Source of the DNA: Chloroflexota bacterium
Lineage (GTDB): Bacteria; Chloroflexota; UBA11872; VXOZ01
Assembly: GCA_965221905.1 (NCBI GenBank)
Contig: OZ244922.1
Location: 3,360,001-3,424,000 of the forward strand
Length of the DNA stretch: 64,000 nt
Direction of reading: 5' to 3'
Every line of letters starts with the position of its first letter. Positions within the stretch are counted from its first letter, which is position 1. The notes below the pieces were generated by a model, which made no database searches, had not been told where the DNA came from, and was given only the letters and a program-made list of their open reading frames with translations. Of this stretch, positions 1 to 10,050 are shown piece after piece. The position numbers and the translations under genes were made by a program.

Positions 1-326
1 AGCGTTTGCGGTGCGCCGGTGCGGTCCTTTGCGCGCTTAACAACGTGGTGAGAGGCATGCCTGCCGTTGCTCAAGACTCTGTCGCCCACGGCGAAGTCGG
101 CGACCTGGTCGCCCATACGTTCCACAACACCCACGTTGGAGTAGCCCGGGTATTTGGGAAAGGGCTGGTCCTCCCGGTCGCCTAGGAGATTGGTAAGCTC
201 GGTGCCGGCGCTGATGAGGCTGACTTCGGTGCGCACCAGCACGTCGTGGGGCCCAAGCGGCGGCAGCGTGATCGTTTCAAGCGCCACCTTGTTCCGTTCA
301 GGAAAGAATATCTGGGTTGCTTGCAT
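1..326 (-). CDS. Zinc-binding alcohol dehydrogenase-like (MDR superfamily) protein, N-terminal part; runs off the window
   Basis: Not in the ORF track. Manual translation from ATG at 326 gives MQATQIFFPERNKVALETITLPPLGPHDVLVRTEVSLISAGTEL...FPKYPGYSNVGVVERMGDQVADFAVGDRV, a typical MDR GroES-like domain; GAGGAG RBS upstream. Confidence 0.85.
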   Translation of the reverse strand, partial: MQATQIFFPERNKVALETITLPPLGPHDVLVRTEVSLISAGTELTNLLGDREDQPFPKYPGYSNVGVVERMGDQVADFAVGDRVLSNGRHASHHVVKRAKDRTGAPQT

Positions 327-351
327 GGTTATTACTCCTCTTCCGCGTTCA

Positions 352-373
352 GCGGGGGACAAGCCCCCACGCT
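352..373. repeat. REP-like palindrome (GCGGGGGACAAGCCCCC family)
   Basis: gcgggggacaagcccccacgct; the same motif recurs near 23655, 59488 and 59580. Confidence 0.6.
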
Positions 374-457
374 TCATTGCTCGTTTGCACTGCGCGCAAA
401 AAAAACCATAATAGGACGTAGTCTTGATCCTTGTCAGGTTCAATTATACGGGAAAGG

Positions 458-1495
458 ATGCAACCAAGAATGTTAGGTGTTGGTATTATCGGGTGCGGCG
501 GCATTAGCAACGGCCACGCGCGCGGTTGGAACGCCAATAGCGAACGCGCAAAGGTGATCGCCGTAGCGGACGTGGTGGAAGCAGCCGCACAAACGCGTGC
601 AGCGCAAGTAGGCGGGGCCCAAATCTACTCGGACTACCACGAACTCTTGCAAAACCCCAACGTAGACGCGGTGGACATTTGTCTGCCGCACCACCTCCAC
701 AAAGAGGCCGCGGTGGCGGCGGCAAACGCCAAGAAGCACATCCTCATCGAAAAGCCGCTCTGCTTAACAATGGACGAAGCCAAGGAGATTGAAGCAGCCG
801 TGCAGGCGAGCGGCATCACGCTCATGTGCGCCCACAACCAGGTCTTCACGGAATCGGTGCAAGAGATCAAGCCCCGCATCGAGGATGGGCTGCTGGGGGA
901 TATCTATTGGATCCATTCCGCGGACTGCTTCCTGAGCCGACCTTTCATTAGAACAGGCTCTGACGCGCTTGCATCTCATGGGCCCGGCACGTGGCGCTCC
1001 AAACGCGAACTTATGGGCGGCGGCGAACTCATCGATACCGGTTACCACCCGACCTACCGTCTGCTGTACCTGGCCGGCGCCAAAGCGTTGACAGTTAGTG
1101 CGGTGCTTACCAACCACCGCCTGCCGCAACTCGACGGTGAGGATACGGCACAGGTGCTCGTGACCTTCGACAACGGCTCGTCCGGCTTCATCCTCAGCTC
1201 GTGGGCTATGAACCTGCCGTCGGGCTACTCAATCCACGTTGTCGGCGACCGCGGCACAATCTCTGCGGGGCCGGGACGCATTGAATACAAGGTCAACGGC
1301 ATGGACCAGCCGGCAGTGCGCGAGCTCGAAATCCCCGACACTTTTACAAGGGAGATCGCCCACTTCATTACCGCGCTGGAGAATGGCGAGACCCCGGTGC
1401 AGAGTCTGGCCGACGGCATCGCCACCCTCCGTCTCATCCGGGGGGCGTACCTGTCGGTAGAACAACAGAGGATCGTGCAGCTAGATTCTGTCTAG
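458..1495 (+). CDS. Gfo/Idh/MocA family oxidoreductase
   Basis: GIIGCGGI Rossmann motif, HILIEKP, GGGELIDTGYH; start placed at ATG 458 after GGAAAGG. Confidence 0.9.
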   Translation: MQPRMLGVGIIGCGGISNGHARGWNANSERAKVIAVADVVEAAAQTRAAQVGGAQIYSDYHELLQNPNVDAVDICLPHHLHKEAAVAAANAKKHILIEKPLCLTMDEAKEIEAAVQASGITLMCAHNQVFTESVQEIKPRIEDGLLGDIYWIHSADCFLSRPFIRTGSDALASHGPGTWRSKRELMGGGELIDTGYHPTYRLLYLAGAKALTVSAVLTNHRLPQLDGEDTAQVLVTFDNGSSGFILSSWAMNLPSGYSIHVVGDRGTISAGPGRIEYKVNGMDQPAVRELEIPDTFTREIAHFITALENGETPVQSLADGIATLRLIRGAYLSVEQQRIVQLDSV

Positions 1496-1518
1496 CCCTG
1501 CAAAATAACCTTGAAAGT

Positions 1519-1559
1519 CGACGCAAGACGGGCAGTGTGCCCGTCTTGCGTCGCTTTTT
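1519..1559 (+). terminator. Rho-independent terminator
   Basis: 16-bp perfect stem cgacgcaagacgggca/tgcccgtcttgcgtcg followed by a T run, between convergent genes. Confidence 0.85.
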
Positions 1560-1668
1560 GTCCGAAAGTTGAAAAGTTGCTCGCTGTAACGACGAATCGC
1601 CTGTGGCGGCACATGCTGTTGTGAATGCGTGGCAAGCACAAGCAGGATTAGCCAGAAACGAACTCTAC

Positions 1669-3060
1669 CTACACCGCGCGTACGAAACTAAGCTCTTGCA
1701 CTATTTCCAGAATTGCAGAGAAGATTGGTGAGGGATAGATACCAAGGCCGCAGCAAACCAAGGCAACGACGATTACCATGGCTGATCCGGGACGGGAGAA
1801 GGGACGGATTCTGCCCGGGACTTGAACCGGTTGGAGGCACGCGCGCAGCGCGCGAGCATACGCTAGCATCAATAGTCCGCTCCCCGCGAGGAGGGTAAAG
1901 AGAAACCACTCGCCCTGTTGCGAAGCGGCCTGGAAGACCAGCCAGCGCCCGGGAAAGCTAGCGAAACCCGGCACGCCGACAATGGAGAAGCTGCCCACGA
2001 CAAAGGCCAGGGTGAGGAACGGAGCGCGCGTGGTCAAGCCTGCCAATTGCGCAAACGTCACGCCGCCGAGGCGCTCTTCAAGCACGCCGACGAGAATGGC
2101 GAGCAGAAAGAGCGCTGCCGCCATGGCGAGCGCCTGATAGAGAACGCCGGTGACCGCCAAAGCCGAGCGTGAAGCGACACCTATTACAATGAAGCCACTC
2201 GCGCTCACCGTGGAATATCCTAAGAGTCCGCGCAGGTCGTTTGTACTGTACGCCAAAAGCGCTCCGAGCAGGACTGTTGCTAGTCCACCCACGGCAGCCA
2301 AGGCGTTCAATTGCACATCATTGGTAAGCCATGGAAACGAGGCCATAACCGAGACTAAGAAGATCGTCGTTCCAGTATGTAGAATCGCAGCGATCAAGAT
2401 GAACCCCATCACCGGCGCCCGATATGCTACGTCGGGCAACCAGAAGTAGAGCGGCGCGGCGGCAAGCAGGGTACCGAATCCCACCGCAAGTACAGCGGCA
2501 ATGGCCCGTACGCTAATTTCCGTTTCAGGACTCACGCGGTACTGGTCTACCAAGAGCAAACCCAGCACAATCAAGGATCCTCCCAGAGTCATCATGAGCG
2601 TATAACGAATCACAGTGATGCCAATGCGCTGCGTGGGCGCCCTGCCCAAGATTCCCATGGCAGCCACAACATGCGCCAACTGGAGCAGAGCCGCAGCTAC
2701 GACGTAGCGCGTATATATCATTGCACCGGCGATGACGATAGCCGCCAACAAACACGTGGTCGCGGGAAAGAATTCGCCCTGGTTGTGAATGAGATGGAAT
2801 ACGAGCGCGAGGGAAAGCAACGTTATGACGAAAACCACCGGCAGGCGCGCCCTTGCCTCAAGTTGTAGTGTCAGGGTTAGAATCGAGCTGTCAGACTGGG
2901 AGCTTAAGATTGCCCCTAAGAAGAGCGTGAAGATTAGCGCGCACAAGGCAACTATGCCTGCGAATGCCGTCCGGCGGCGAAAGAGTAGTGCAAGCCCTGC
3001 TGCGCCAAATGGCACTATCAGTAGGTGCAACGGTGTGATCAGCGTACTATCTGCTAACAT
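1669..3060 (-). CDS. Proton-conducting membrane transporter subunit (NuoM/NuoN/MrpD/HyfF-like)
   Basis: Multi-TM protein with PLYFWLPDV, DLRGLLGYSTVS and SIVGVPGFASFPGRW motifs; ATG 3060 overlaps the upstream gene. Confidence 0.8.
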   Translation of the reverse strand: MLADSTLITPLHLLIVPFGAAGLALLFRRRTAFAGIVALCALIFTLFLGAILSSQSDSSILTLTLQLEARARLPVVFVITLLSLALVFHLIHNQGEFFPATTCLLAAIVIAGAMIYTRYVVAAALLQLAHVVAAMGILGRAPTQRIGITVIRYTLMMTLGGSLIVLGLLLVDQYRVSPETEISVRAIAAVLAVGFGTLLAAAPLYFWLPDVAYRAPVMGFILIAAILHTGTTIFLVSVMASFPWLTNDVQLNALAAVGGLATVLLGALLAYSTNDLRGLLGYSTVSASGFIVIGVASRSALAVTGVLYQALAMAAALFLLAILVGVLEERLGGVTFAQLAGLTTRAPFLTLAFVVGSFSIVGVPGFASFPGRWLVFQAASQQGEWFLFTLLAGSGLLMLAYARALRACLQPVQVPGRIRPFSRPGSAMVIVVALVCCGLGIYPSPIFSAILEIVQELSFVRAV

Positions 3061-3640
3061 TGCGCTCCAACACGCCCTCGAAGTCGATGATTTGCACCAA
3101 TGTGACCAGGAATCCCACCCCAACCAGCACCAGGCCCTCTACCGATAGCAGCGCCATGCCCTGCTGGCCTAGGAACAGACAGATCATAAAGTCCAAGCCA
3201 TGGACTATTAGCAGCACGCCCATGCTCAAGCCAAAGATGCTGGTACGCAGCACTACCGTAAAGAAGCCAAGGAGAAGCACAGCGGCCGCTCCCATAGTGG
3301 CAATGGGCGCGATCAAGGGCGGCATGCGTTCGGTTAGCAGGTACGCTGCCAAGATGCCCATTACAGCGACGCCAACCATGGTCGGGGTCTCGAATATCGC
3401 TTGATTTTGCAGCGGCCGCTCTCGCTCTACCCACAAGGCTACGGCAAGCATCACGGCGACTGTAAAGCCAATGATAATGCGCGTAATCCCCACTACGGTG
3501 CCGGTGTATGCTATGAGTAGGAGCGAGGAACCCAAGTACACGGCGATTAAACCCGCAAATGCAGGCAGCCACTGGTGCACCACCAGCACCGTACAAGCTC
3601 CGGCGAGCAAGAGGACAAGCATGAGGTGTTCCCAACTCAT
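3047..3640 (-). CDS. Small multi-pass membrane protein (HyfE/NuoK-like position)
   Basis: 197 aa, very hydrophobic, overlaps the antiporter-like genes on both sides. Confidence 0.65.
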   Translation of the reverse strand: MSWEHLMLVLLLAGACTVLVVHQWLPAFAGLIAVYLGSSLLLIAYTGTVVGITRIIIGFTVAVMLAVALWVERERPLQNQAIFETPTMVGVAVMGILAAYLLTERMPPLIAPIATMGAAAVLLLGFFTVVLRTSIFGLSMGVLLIVHGLDFMICLFLGQQGMALLSVEGLVLVGVGFLVTLVQIIDFEGVLERNVSR

Positions 3641-5511
3641 AGGGCAAGACCTTGCGTTTCCAATAGCAGAATGAAGAGCGCAAGCAAGGCAAGCATGGCT
3701 ATGGCAATGTAGTAGCGCCTTTCCGCCGCCGCGGACGTCCTGCCAAGGAACGTCAGGCAGCGACCCAAGAGCACAAGTATGCCGTTTGGCGGTACCAGCA
3801 GGCGGTCCGCAGCGCCGCCGATGGCGCGTGTCATGGATACCAGTTGGCGCCGATCCCGGGGGTGCATGCGCCGCAAGAGCATTACTGCTATCACACCGAT
3901 ACCACCCACCAAGGCGGTAGAAGCAGCGCTAAACACTAATAGTGTAGACCAAGAGAATATCGCTTGATCCGGCATTGCGGCATGGCTGATCGTTGTGACT
4001 GCCGGCCACACGAGCACAGAAAACCGCCACTGCAACACAGCCATGACAACTCCTCCCGCCACCAGCAGCCACGCGAGGTTTCCTTGATCGAGCAAGGCGT
4101 CTCGACGCCGCACAGAGGTCAACGGAGGATTTACGAACAGCCGCTGCATCCAACGCCCGAAGGTGACGACGGTTGTGATGCCGAACAGGATGATGAGGGC
4201 TTGCAGCGGAATGGCCCAGGCCTCTCTCTCTACTGCGGTAAAGAGGAATGAACGCGAAGCGGCGCTAAGCGGGAGCACAACTCCGGCTAACGCCGCAATG
4301 CCGATCAAGACGACAACCGCCGGCAAGGCCCAAAGAGCGCGCTGGCTCTGGCGGTGAATTGCCAAGAGTGACGGTCCCGCTGCCGCCACGAACGCCATAC
4401 CGACGGTGCCGCTGAGGAGTATCAGCGCCGCTCCGGCCATGGCTTGATAGGTCCCAATGGCAACCGCCACCGCGATAAGTCCGGCGTGACCGATCCAGTT
4501 TACGGCAAGAAGCGAGGCTAGCCTGCCCATCGCAAGCATTGCGGCAATTGAAAGCGCCAAACTCAGTCCGCCGACAATCAGCAGCGGATTCGACCACGGT
4601 ATGAAGGGATCAGGCCCGGCGAGCACCAGGAAGCGCGCAATCACGTACGTGGTTCCGAGCAGCATGATCCCGGCGACATTGGCGTAAATAGGCGCCAGAT
4701 GGCTGCGCAATGAGGCGGCCCAGCCGTGAAACGGCGGCCAACTTGCTCGCGCCGCCACCGCGGCCAACACTAGGCCGACTACCAACGCATCGAACACACC
4801 GGTGGGAATGTCGCCGTAGAGGTACTGATCGCTCCGGCGCGAGATAATGAGAATGGCCGCGAGCAGACCGTAGCCTGAAAAGTGGCTGACCATGAGCAGG
4901 CGCACCGCGGACGCACTTACCTGCGGGCGTTCCTCCCGAGGCAAGACGGCCAGGAAGTAGCTGGTCAAGCCCAGGGCTTCCCAAAATACATAGAGAAAGA
5001 GCAGGTTCTCCGAGAGCACCAGGCCTCCATAGGCACAGAGCGTGAGCAGCACGAAGGCGTAGGCCCTGCCCATCTGGTCCCGCGGCAGGTGGGCCGCCGG
5101 CAGTATCCACAAATGGCACAGAATTGCAGCCGCTCCCAGCCAGAGGAAGAGTATGCTCACGGAGTCCAGCCGGAAGGCCAGCACAATCGAGTTGTTGAGC
5201 AGCGAGAGCCAGGTGCCGACTTCCACTTCCAACGGGGTATCGGGACGAATCGATGCGTAGATGCTGATCTGTGCCAGGAGCCCGGCGACGGCAACGGTCG
5301 CGACAATAGGATAGACCGTAATCCACGTGTTAGATAGGCGTAGCAACACCACGAGGGGTCTTGTCCAACGCCAGCGCAGCAACCGCTGCTGCAGCCACGT
5401 GCTTCCGCGCACAACGAAGTCAGCACCGATGAGCAGCACACTGAGGATGAGGAAAATCGCCGCCGGCCCGTATAACCAGGGCAAAGGGGCATTGACTAGG
5501 AGATCCTGCAC
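3637..5511 (-). CDS. Proton-conducting membrane transporter subunit (NuoL/MrpA/HyfB-like)
   Basis: LAFRLDSVS, SENLLFLYVFWEALGLTSYFL and PPFHGW motifs. Confidence 0.8.
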   Translation of the reverse strand: MQDLLVNAPLPWLYGPAAIFLILSVLLIGADFVVRGSTWLQQRLLRWRWTRPLVVLLRLSNTWITVYPIVATVAVAGLLAQISIYASIRPDTPLEVEVGTWLSLLNNSIVLAFRLDSVSILFLWLGAAAILCHLWILPAAHLPRDQMGRAYAFVLLTLCAYGGLVLSENLLFLYVFWEALGLTSYFLAVLPREERPQVSASAVRLLMVSHFSGYGLLAAILIISRRSDQYLYGDIPTGVFDALVVGLVLAAVAARASWPPFHGWAASLRSHLAPIYANVAGIMLLGTTYVIARFLVLAGPDPFIPWSNPLLIVGGLSLALSIAAMLAMGRLASLLAVNWIGHAGLIAVAVAIGTYQAMAGAALILLSGTVGMAFVAAAGPSLLAIHRQSQRALWALPAVVVLIGIAALAGVVLPLSAASRSFLFTAVEREAWAIPLQALIILFGITTVVTFGRWMQRLFVNPPLTSVRRRDALLDQGNLAWLLVAGGVVMAVLQWRFSVLVWPAVTTISHAAMPDQAIFSWSTLLVFSAASTALVGGIGVIAVMLLRRMHPRDRRQLVSMTRAIGGAADRLLVPPNGILVLLGRCLTFLGRTSAAAERRYYIAIAMLALLALFILLLETQGLAL

Positions 5512-5671
5512 AACCTATGCGCTTTCACACTGGAGTGGGTATGCTGTTGTCTGACTCCGGCAGCAATGCGACTCTCACTACCTGCCATGTATTGTACTGC
5601 GCGCTATAGGCCAAAACCCATAGCCGCACAGTCCCTTGCCATGTTCTCAGCCGGCGGAGGTATTGGAATAA

Positions 5672-7135
5672 CTACACGCGGAAGTATTCCCGCCAGCGGC
5701 GGGTAACTAGCTCCGTGATTTCCGTACTCATTTCGATGTCCGGCGGCCACTCGCGCGTAAAGCCCTCTTCCGCTGTCTTGCGCGTGGCATCCACCCCCAT
5801 CTTACCGCCATAGTTCGGCAGAAGCGACGCGTGGTCGAGGGAATCCACCGGCCCTTCCACGATAACTGTATCCCGCTTCCAGTCCACGTTGTTTCCCATG
5901 CGGAAGATCACCTCGGAGGTATCCTGCACGTCGATGTCGTCGTCCACCACCACGATGAGCTTCACGCACATCATCTGGTGCAAGCTCCAAAGTGCGAACA
6001 TGGTCTTACGCGCGTGACCGGGAAAACGTTTCTTAATGGAAACGAAGACGATGTTGTGAAAGACGCCTTCGTCCGGCAACGCTATGTCGTGAACCTCAGG
6101 CACCATCATTTTAATGAGCGGCAAGAAGATGCGCTCGGTGGCCTTGCCCATATAGAGGTCTTCCATCGGCGGGCGGCCTACGATGATGGTGACGTAGATC
6201 GGATCGCGCCGATGGGTGATGGCTGTGACGTGGAAGACAGGGTACTCGTCCGCGTTGGAATAGTAACCGGTATGGTCGCCAAAAGGCCCCTCCGTTGCAA
6301 ACTCGCCGGGCTCGACGTAGCCTTCCAAGACAATCTCACTGTTGGCGGGCACCATTACGTCCACGGTCTTGCCCTTGACCAGTTCCACCGGCCCACCGCG
6401 CAGGAATCCGGCAAAGAGAAACTCATCGATGCCCTGCGGAAGCGGTGCAGTGCCCGAATAGACCGCGGCCGGCTCTGCGCCGAGCGCTACCGCCAGTTGC
6501 AGGCGCTCCTTCTTCTGCACGCTATCGTCGTAGTGCTCGCGTCCTCCCTTGTGCCGCTGCCAATGCATGGCAGTAGTGTTCTTGCTAAGCACCTGCAGGC
6601 GATAGACGCCTACGTTGCGCTTGCCGGTATTGGGGTCGTAGCTGCACACGAGCGGCAGCGTGATGTACTTCCCAGCGTCGAGCGGCCAGCACTTGATGAT
6701 CGGCAGCGTGCCGAGGTCCACGTCGTCGCCGGTCAGCACCACTTCCTGGCAGGGCGCAGAATCTACGACCTTGGGCGCGATGCGGGTCAACTTGAGCAAC
6801 TCGCTGCCGGCCTGCAGCTTGGCGCCTAATCCCTCCGGCGGACCGCCCAGCGCAATGCCAATCAGGCTTTCCAGCTTCTGCGGCAACTCTTCCCACGAGT
6901 CGGAACCGAGCGCCCACGCGGTGCGCTGCTCGGAGCCGAAGGTGTTGATGAGAAGCGGGATATCCGAACCTTGCACGTTCTCGAAGAGCAGGGCCGGCCC
7001 TGCCGCCTTGGTGACACGGTCGGTGATTTCCGTGATCTCGAGCTCAGGGTTTACCTGCGCCGAAATGCGCTGCAACTCCCCTTTGGCTTCGAGGAACGTG
7101 ATGAACTCGCGCAGGTCCTTGAACGTGGGTGGCAT
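5672..7135 (-). CDS. UbiD-family decarboxylase, menaquinone (futalosine pathway, MqnL-like) type
   Basis: DLREFITFLEAKGEL, EGPFGDHTGYY, VVVDDDIDV, GPVDSLDHAS, GGKMGVDAT. Confidence 0.9.
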   Translation of the reverse strand: MPPTFKDLREFITFLEAKGELQRISAQVNPELEITEITDRVTKAAGPALLFENVQGSDIPLLINTFGSEQRTAWALGSDSWEELPQKLESLIGIALGGPPEGLGAKLQAGSELLKLTRIAPKVVDSAPCQEVVLTGDDVDLGTLPIIKCWPLDAGKYITLPLVCSYDPNTGKRNVGVYRLQVLSKNTTAMHWQRHKGGREHYDDSVQKKERLQLAVALGAEPAAVYSGTAPLPQGIDEFLFAGFLRGGPVELVKGKTVDVMVPANSEIVLEGYVEPGEFATEGPFGDHTGYYSNADEYPVFHVTAITHRRDPIYVTIIVGRPPMEDLYMGKATERIFLPLIKMMVPEVHDIALPDEGVFHNIVFVSIKKRFPGHARKTMFALWSLHQMMCVKLIVVVDDDIDVQDTSEVIFRMGNNVDWKRDTVIVEGPVDSLDHASLLPNYGGKMGVDATRKTAEEGFTREWPPDIEMSTEITELVTRRWREYFRV

Positions 7136-7215
7136 CTGTAGTGTGCGCTACTCCTTCTTGCAATCCGAAATTCCGCAGGTCTCATATCTGCGCTTCCCTC
7201 GGGCATCTGCCAACC

Positions 7216-7886
7216 GCAGGTTACAAACCTGCGCTACCTGGATTCTCTTGCCAGGTTGCTTGCCGCACTGATGCCCCTGCCTCTTGGTGGGTCGCGGCGC
7301 GAGCGATTTGGCAAGCTAAGCAATTTATCGCGTCATGAAAAGCCGCAGGTTGCAAACCTGCGCTACCTGGATTCTCTTGCCAGGTTGCTTGCCGCACTGG
7401 TGCCCCTGCCTCTTGGTGGGTAGCGGCGCGAGCGTATTGGCAAGCTAAGCGCAGTGCCGCGCCATGAAAAGCCGCAGGTTGCAAACCTGCGCTACCTTGA
7501 TTCTCTTGCCAGGTTGTTTGCCACACTGGTGCCCCTGCCTCTTGGTGGGTCACGGCGCGAGCGTTTTGGCAATTCAAGCGCAGTGCCGCGCCATGAAAAG
7601 CCGCAGGTTGCAAACCTGCGCTACCTTGATTCTCTTGCCGGGTTGTTTGCCGCACTGATGCCCCTGCCTCTTGGCCAGTCGCGGCGCGAGCGTATTGGCA
7701 AGCTAAGCAAAGTATCGCACCATGAAAAGCCGCAGGTTGCAAACCTGCGCTACCTTGATTCTCTTTCCAGGTTGTTTGCCGCACTGGTGCCCCTGCTTCT
7801 TTGTGGGTAGCTGCGCGAGCGTATTGGCAAGCTAAGCACAGTGTGCCGCGCCATGAAAAGCCGCAGGTTGCAGACCTGCGCTACCC
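7216..7886. repeat. Tandem array of five ~129-bp units plus a partial sixth, each with a GTAG-type REP hairpin
   Basis: gcaggtt(a/g)caaacctgcgctacc recurs at 7216, 7345, 7474, 7603, 7732 and 7863 (spacing 129, 129, 129, 129, 131); the intervening sequences are near-identical. Confidence 0.95.
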
Positions 7887-8561
7887 GGTTCCATCCTCTC
7901 GCCGCGCCTGCATGACGGCTTCTCGCATCGCCCGGACGGAGGCGGTGACGCGATCGAACTGAGCGTCAAGGCTTTGCCAGTCCAACAATCCGGCGCCGAC
8001 GCCCAGCGCCAGCGCGCCATGATGAATATAGGTAGCGGCATTCTCGACCGTAATTCCACCTGTCGGCAATAGGGGTATCCGACCGAACGGGCCCTGCAAG
8101 TCTTTAAAAAACTGCGGTCCGACGATATTTGCGGGAAATACCTTCACAATACTCGCGCCCGCGCGCAGTGCCGTAAACACCTCGGTAGGCGTGAACGCAC
8201 CGGGGACTACCATGCAGTCGTGTTCGTTGGCGAACGCCACGATGTCGGTATCGAGGTGCGGCGAAACGAAGAATTCAGCACCGGCAGCCAGCGCGTGCTC
8301 GGCATCTTCTACGGAAAGCACCGTACCTGCGCCAATGACCATCTGCTCTCCCAGCGCCGCACGCAGCGCGGCAATCATCTCCAACGCCTGCGGCGTGTTG
8401 AGCGTAATTTCCATCACGTCCACATCCGCCGCCAGCAGCGCCTCGCCGATGGGCACCGCCCAATCAGCGGGCACGCCACGGATGATCACCACCATCCCGG
8501 CTTCTCTGGTGCGCGCTACCTGCGCTTGCGTACGTGTGCTCTGCAGCGTCTGCATGGTCAT
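7881..8561 (-). CDS. eda: KDPG/KHG aldolase family (Eda-like)
   Basis: VMEITLNTP, IGAGTV, FFVSPH, PGAFTPTE, VKVFPA, LLPTGGI. Confidence 0.88.
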   Translation of the reverse strand: MTMQTLQSTRTQAQVARTREAGMVVIIRGVPADWAVPIGEALLAADVDVMEITLNTPQALEMIAALRAALGEQMVIGAGTVLSVEDAEHALAAGAEFFVSPHLDTDIVAFANEHDCMVVPGAFTPTEVFTALRAGASIVKVFPANIVGPQFFKDLQGPFGRIPLLPTGGITVENAATYIHHGALALGVGAGLLDWQSLDAQFDRVTASVRAMREAVMQARREDGTG

Positions 8562-8934
8562 GCCCCGGTTGGCGTCCTTGCCTGTTTCCCATATTTGGTC
8601 TCTTGCGGCCCGCAGCTTCCTATAATATAGCGGAATTTGCAGGCCGTGGCTTGCGCCGATCCGACACGCGAACTGTTCAGCACTTGGAACGCGCGCCGGC
8701 TCCGCAATCGGTCACGCTGATAGCGGATTCGCCGTTCGACTTGGCTTATTCGCCGGGGGAGCTTGCTGTCTGGTAATTTGCCTGAGCCTAACGTGGACCT
8801 CACCGGAGTACCAGATTCCATTCTCACTTCTGTCCCAGACGATCGCATGAAACTGCCGAAGCGTGTGACAACGCGCTAGACGTACGATAAACTGAGGCAA
8901 ATAATCCCTAATGAGAATCAGGAGGAGCGCAGAC

Positions 8935-9861
8935 ATGGCAGGCAAAGAGCTTGGGAGACTCATTACGGCGATGGTGACGCCCTTTGCTAGCGATGGCGCG
9001 GTAAACTACGACCAACTCGGTAAACTTGCAGGGCAGCTAATCCAGGGCGGCTCGGACGCGCTGCTCGTCACCGGCACCACCGGCGAATCACCGACGCTTT
9101 CCCACGAGGAAAAGCTGGAGTGTTACCGCACGGTCATGGCGGCGGCAGACGGACGCGCGCCCGTAATCGCGGGCACCGGCAACTACAATACGGCGGAGAG
9201 CGTTGCGTTCTCGCGCGAGGCGGAAGCGCTCGGCGTGGACGGCCTGCTGCTCGTGGTGCCCTACTACAACAACCCGCCCCAAGAGGGCCTCTACCAGCAC
9301 TTCAAGACAATTGCGGATAGCACCTCGCTGCCGTGTATCGTCTACAACGTGCCCACGCGCACGGTGCGAAATATGGACGCCACAACCACGGCGCGCCTGG
9401 CCGAGGTGGATAACATCGTCGGCGTGAAAGAGGCGTCCGGCGATCTGGGCCAGATTTCGGACGTGCTGCGCCTGACACCGGACGACTTCCGCGTGTGGAG
9501 CGGCAACGACTCCGATACGTACCACATGATGTGCATGGGCGGCTACGGCATCATCAGCGTGGCCAGCCACGTGATCGGCCTGCAGATCAAGAAGATGATC
9601 AACGCCACTTTGGCTTCCGATATTCCCACAGCCGGCGCGCTCCACCAGCAACTGATGCCGTTCTTCACTTCGATCTTCCCGCCAATCTCGCCGGTAGCCA
9701 GCCCGGCAGCCATCAAGGCCTGTCTCAACGTCTCCGGCTTCAATGCCGGCGGCCACCGCCTGCCCCTGATCCCCGTCCCCGATGCGTTCGCGCATACACT
9801 CCGCGAATTGCTAAGCACCTACGAACTGGACCCGAATCTCTCGGTCATGGCAACGGCCTAG
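8935..9861 (+). CDS. dapA: 4-hydroxy-tetrahydrodipicolinate synthase
   Basis: TAMVTPF, GTTGESPTL, VVPYYN, VYNVPTRT, GVKEASG; AGGAGG RBS before ATG 8935. Confidence 0.93.
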   Translation: MAGKELGRLITAMVTPFASDGAVNYDQLGKLAGQLIQGGSDALLVTGTTGESPTLSHEEKLECYRTVMAAADGRAPVIAGTGNYNTAESVAFSREAEALGVDGLLLVVPYYNNPPQEGLYQHFKTIADSTSLPCIVYNVPTRTVRNMDATTTARLAEVDNIVGVKEASGDLGQISDVLRLTPDDFRVWSGNDSDTYHMMCMGGYGIISVASHVIGLQIKKMINATLASDIPTAGALHQQLMPFFTSIFPPISPVASPAAIKACLNVSGFNAGGHRLPLIPVPDAFAHTLRELLSTYELDPNLSVMATA

Positions 9862-10050
9862 GCGGAACACGACGACATAGACGATAGGCAACGCTCAAGG
9901 CGCTCGTGCGGCATCGCAAAGCGCGAGCGCTTTCTATTATTTTGTATGCCATTCAGTTTGCTGAATAGTATGGCGCAAGAGCGATTGTTGAAACTAGTGC
10001 AGTTTTGAGGATTTGACCAACTCGGCTTTATGTAATTAAGGGAGTGGGGG

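Noticed and set aside
5831-6829. Long antisense ORFs such as the 332-aa ORF opposite the ubiD-like gene
   Set aside because: Shadow ORFs expected from high-GC codon bias opposite well-supported genes.
7221-7784. 187-aa repetitive ORF as a real gene
   Set aside because: It arises from the 129-bp in-frame repeat, with no RBS or recognisable domain.
7216-7886. CRISPR array
   Set aside because: The segments between the palindromes are near-identical ~105-bp copies rather than unique spacers, and no cas genes are in the window.
8600-8934. Lysine riboswitch upstream of dapA
   Set aside because: The conserved AGAGGxGC opening motif and a terminator or five-stem layout could not be found by eye.
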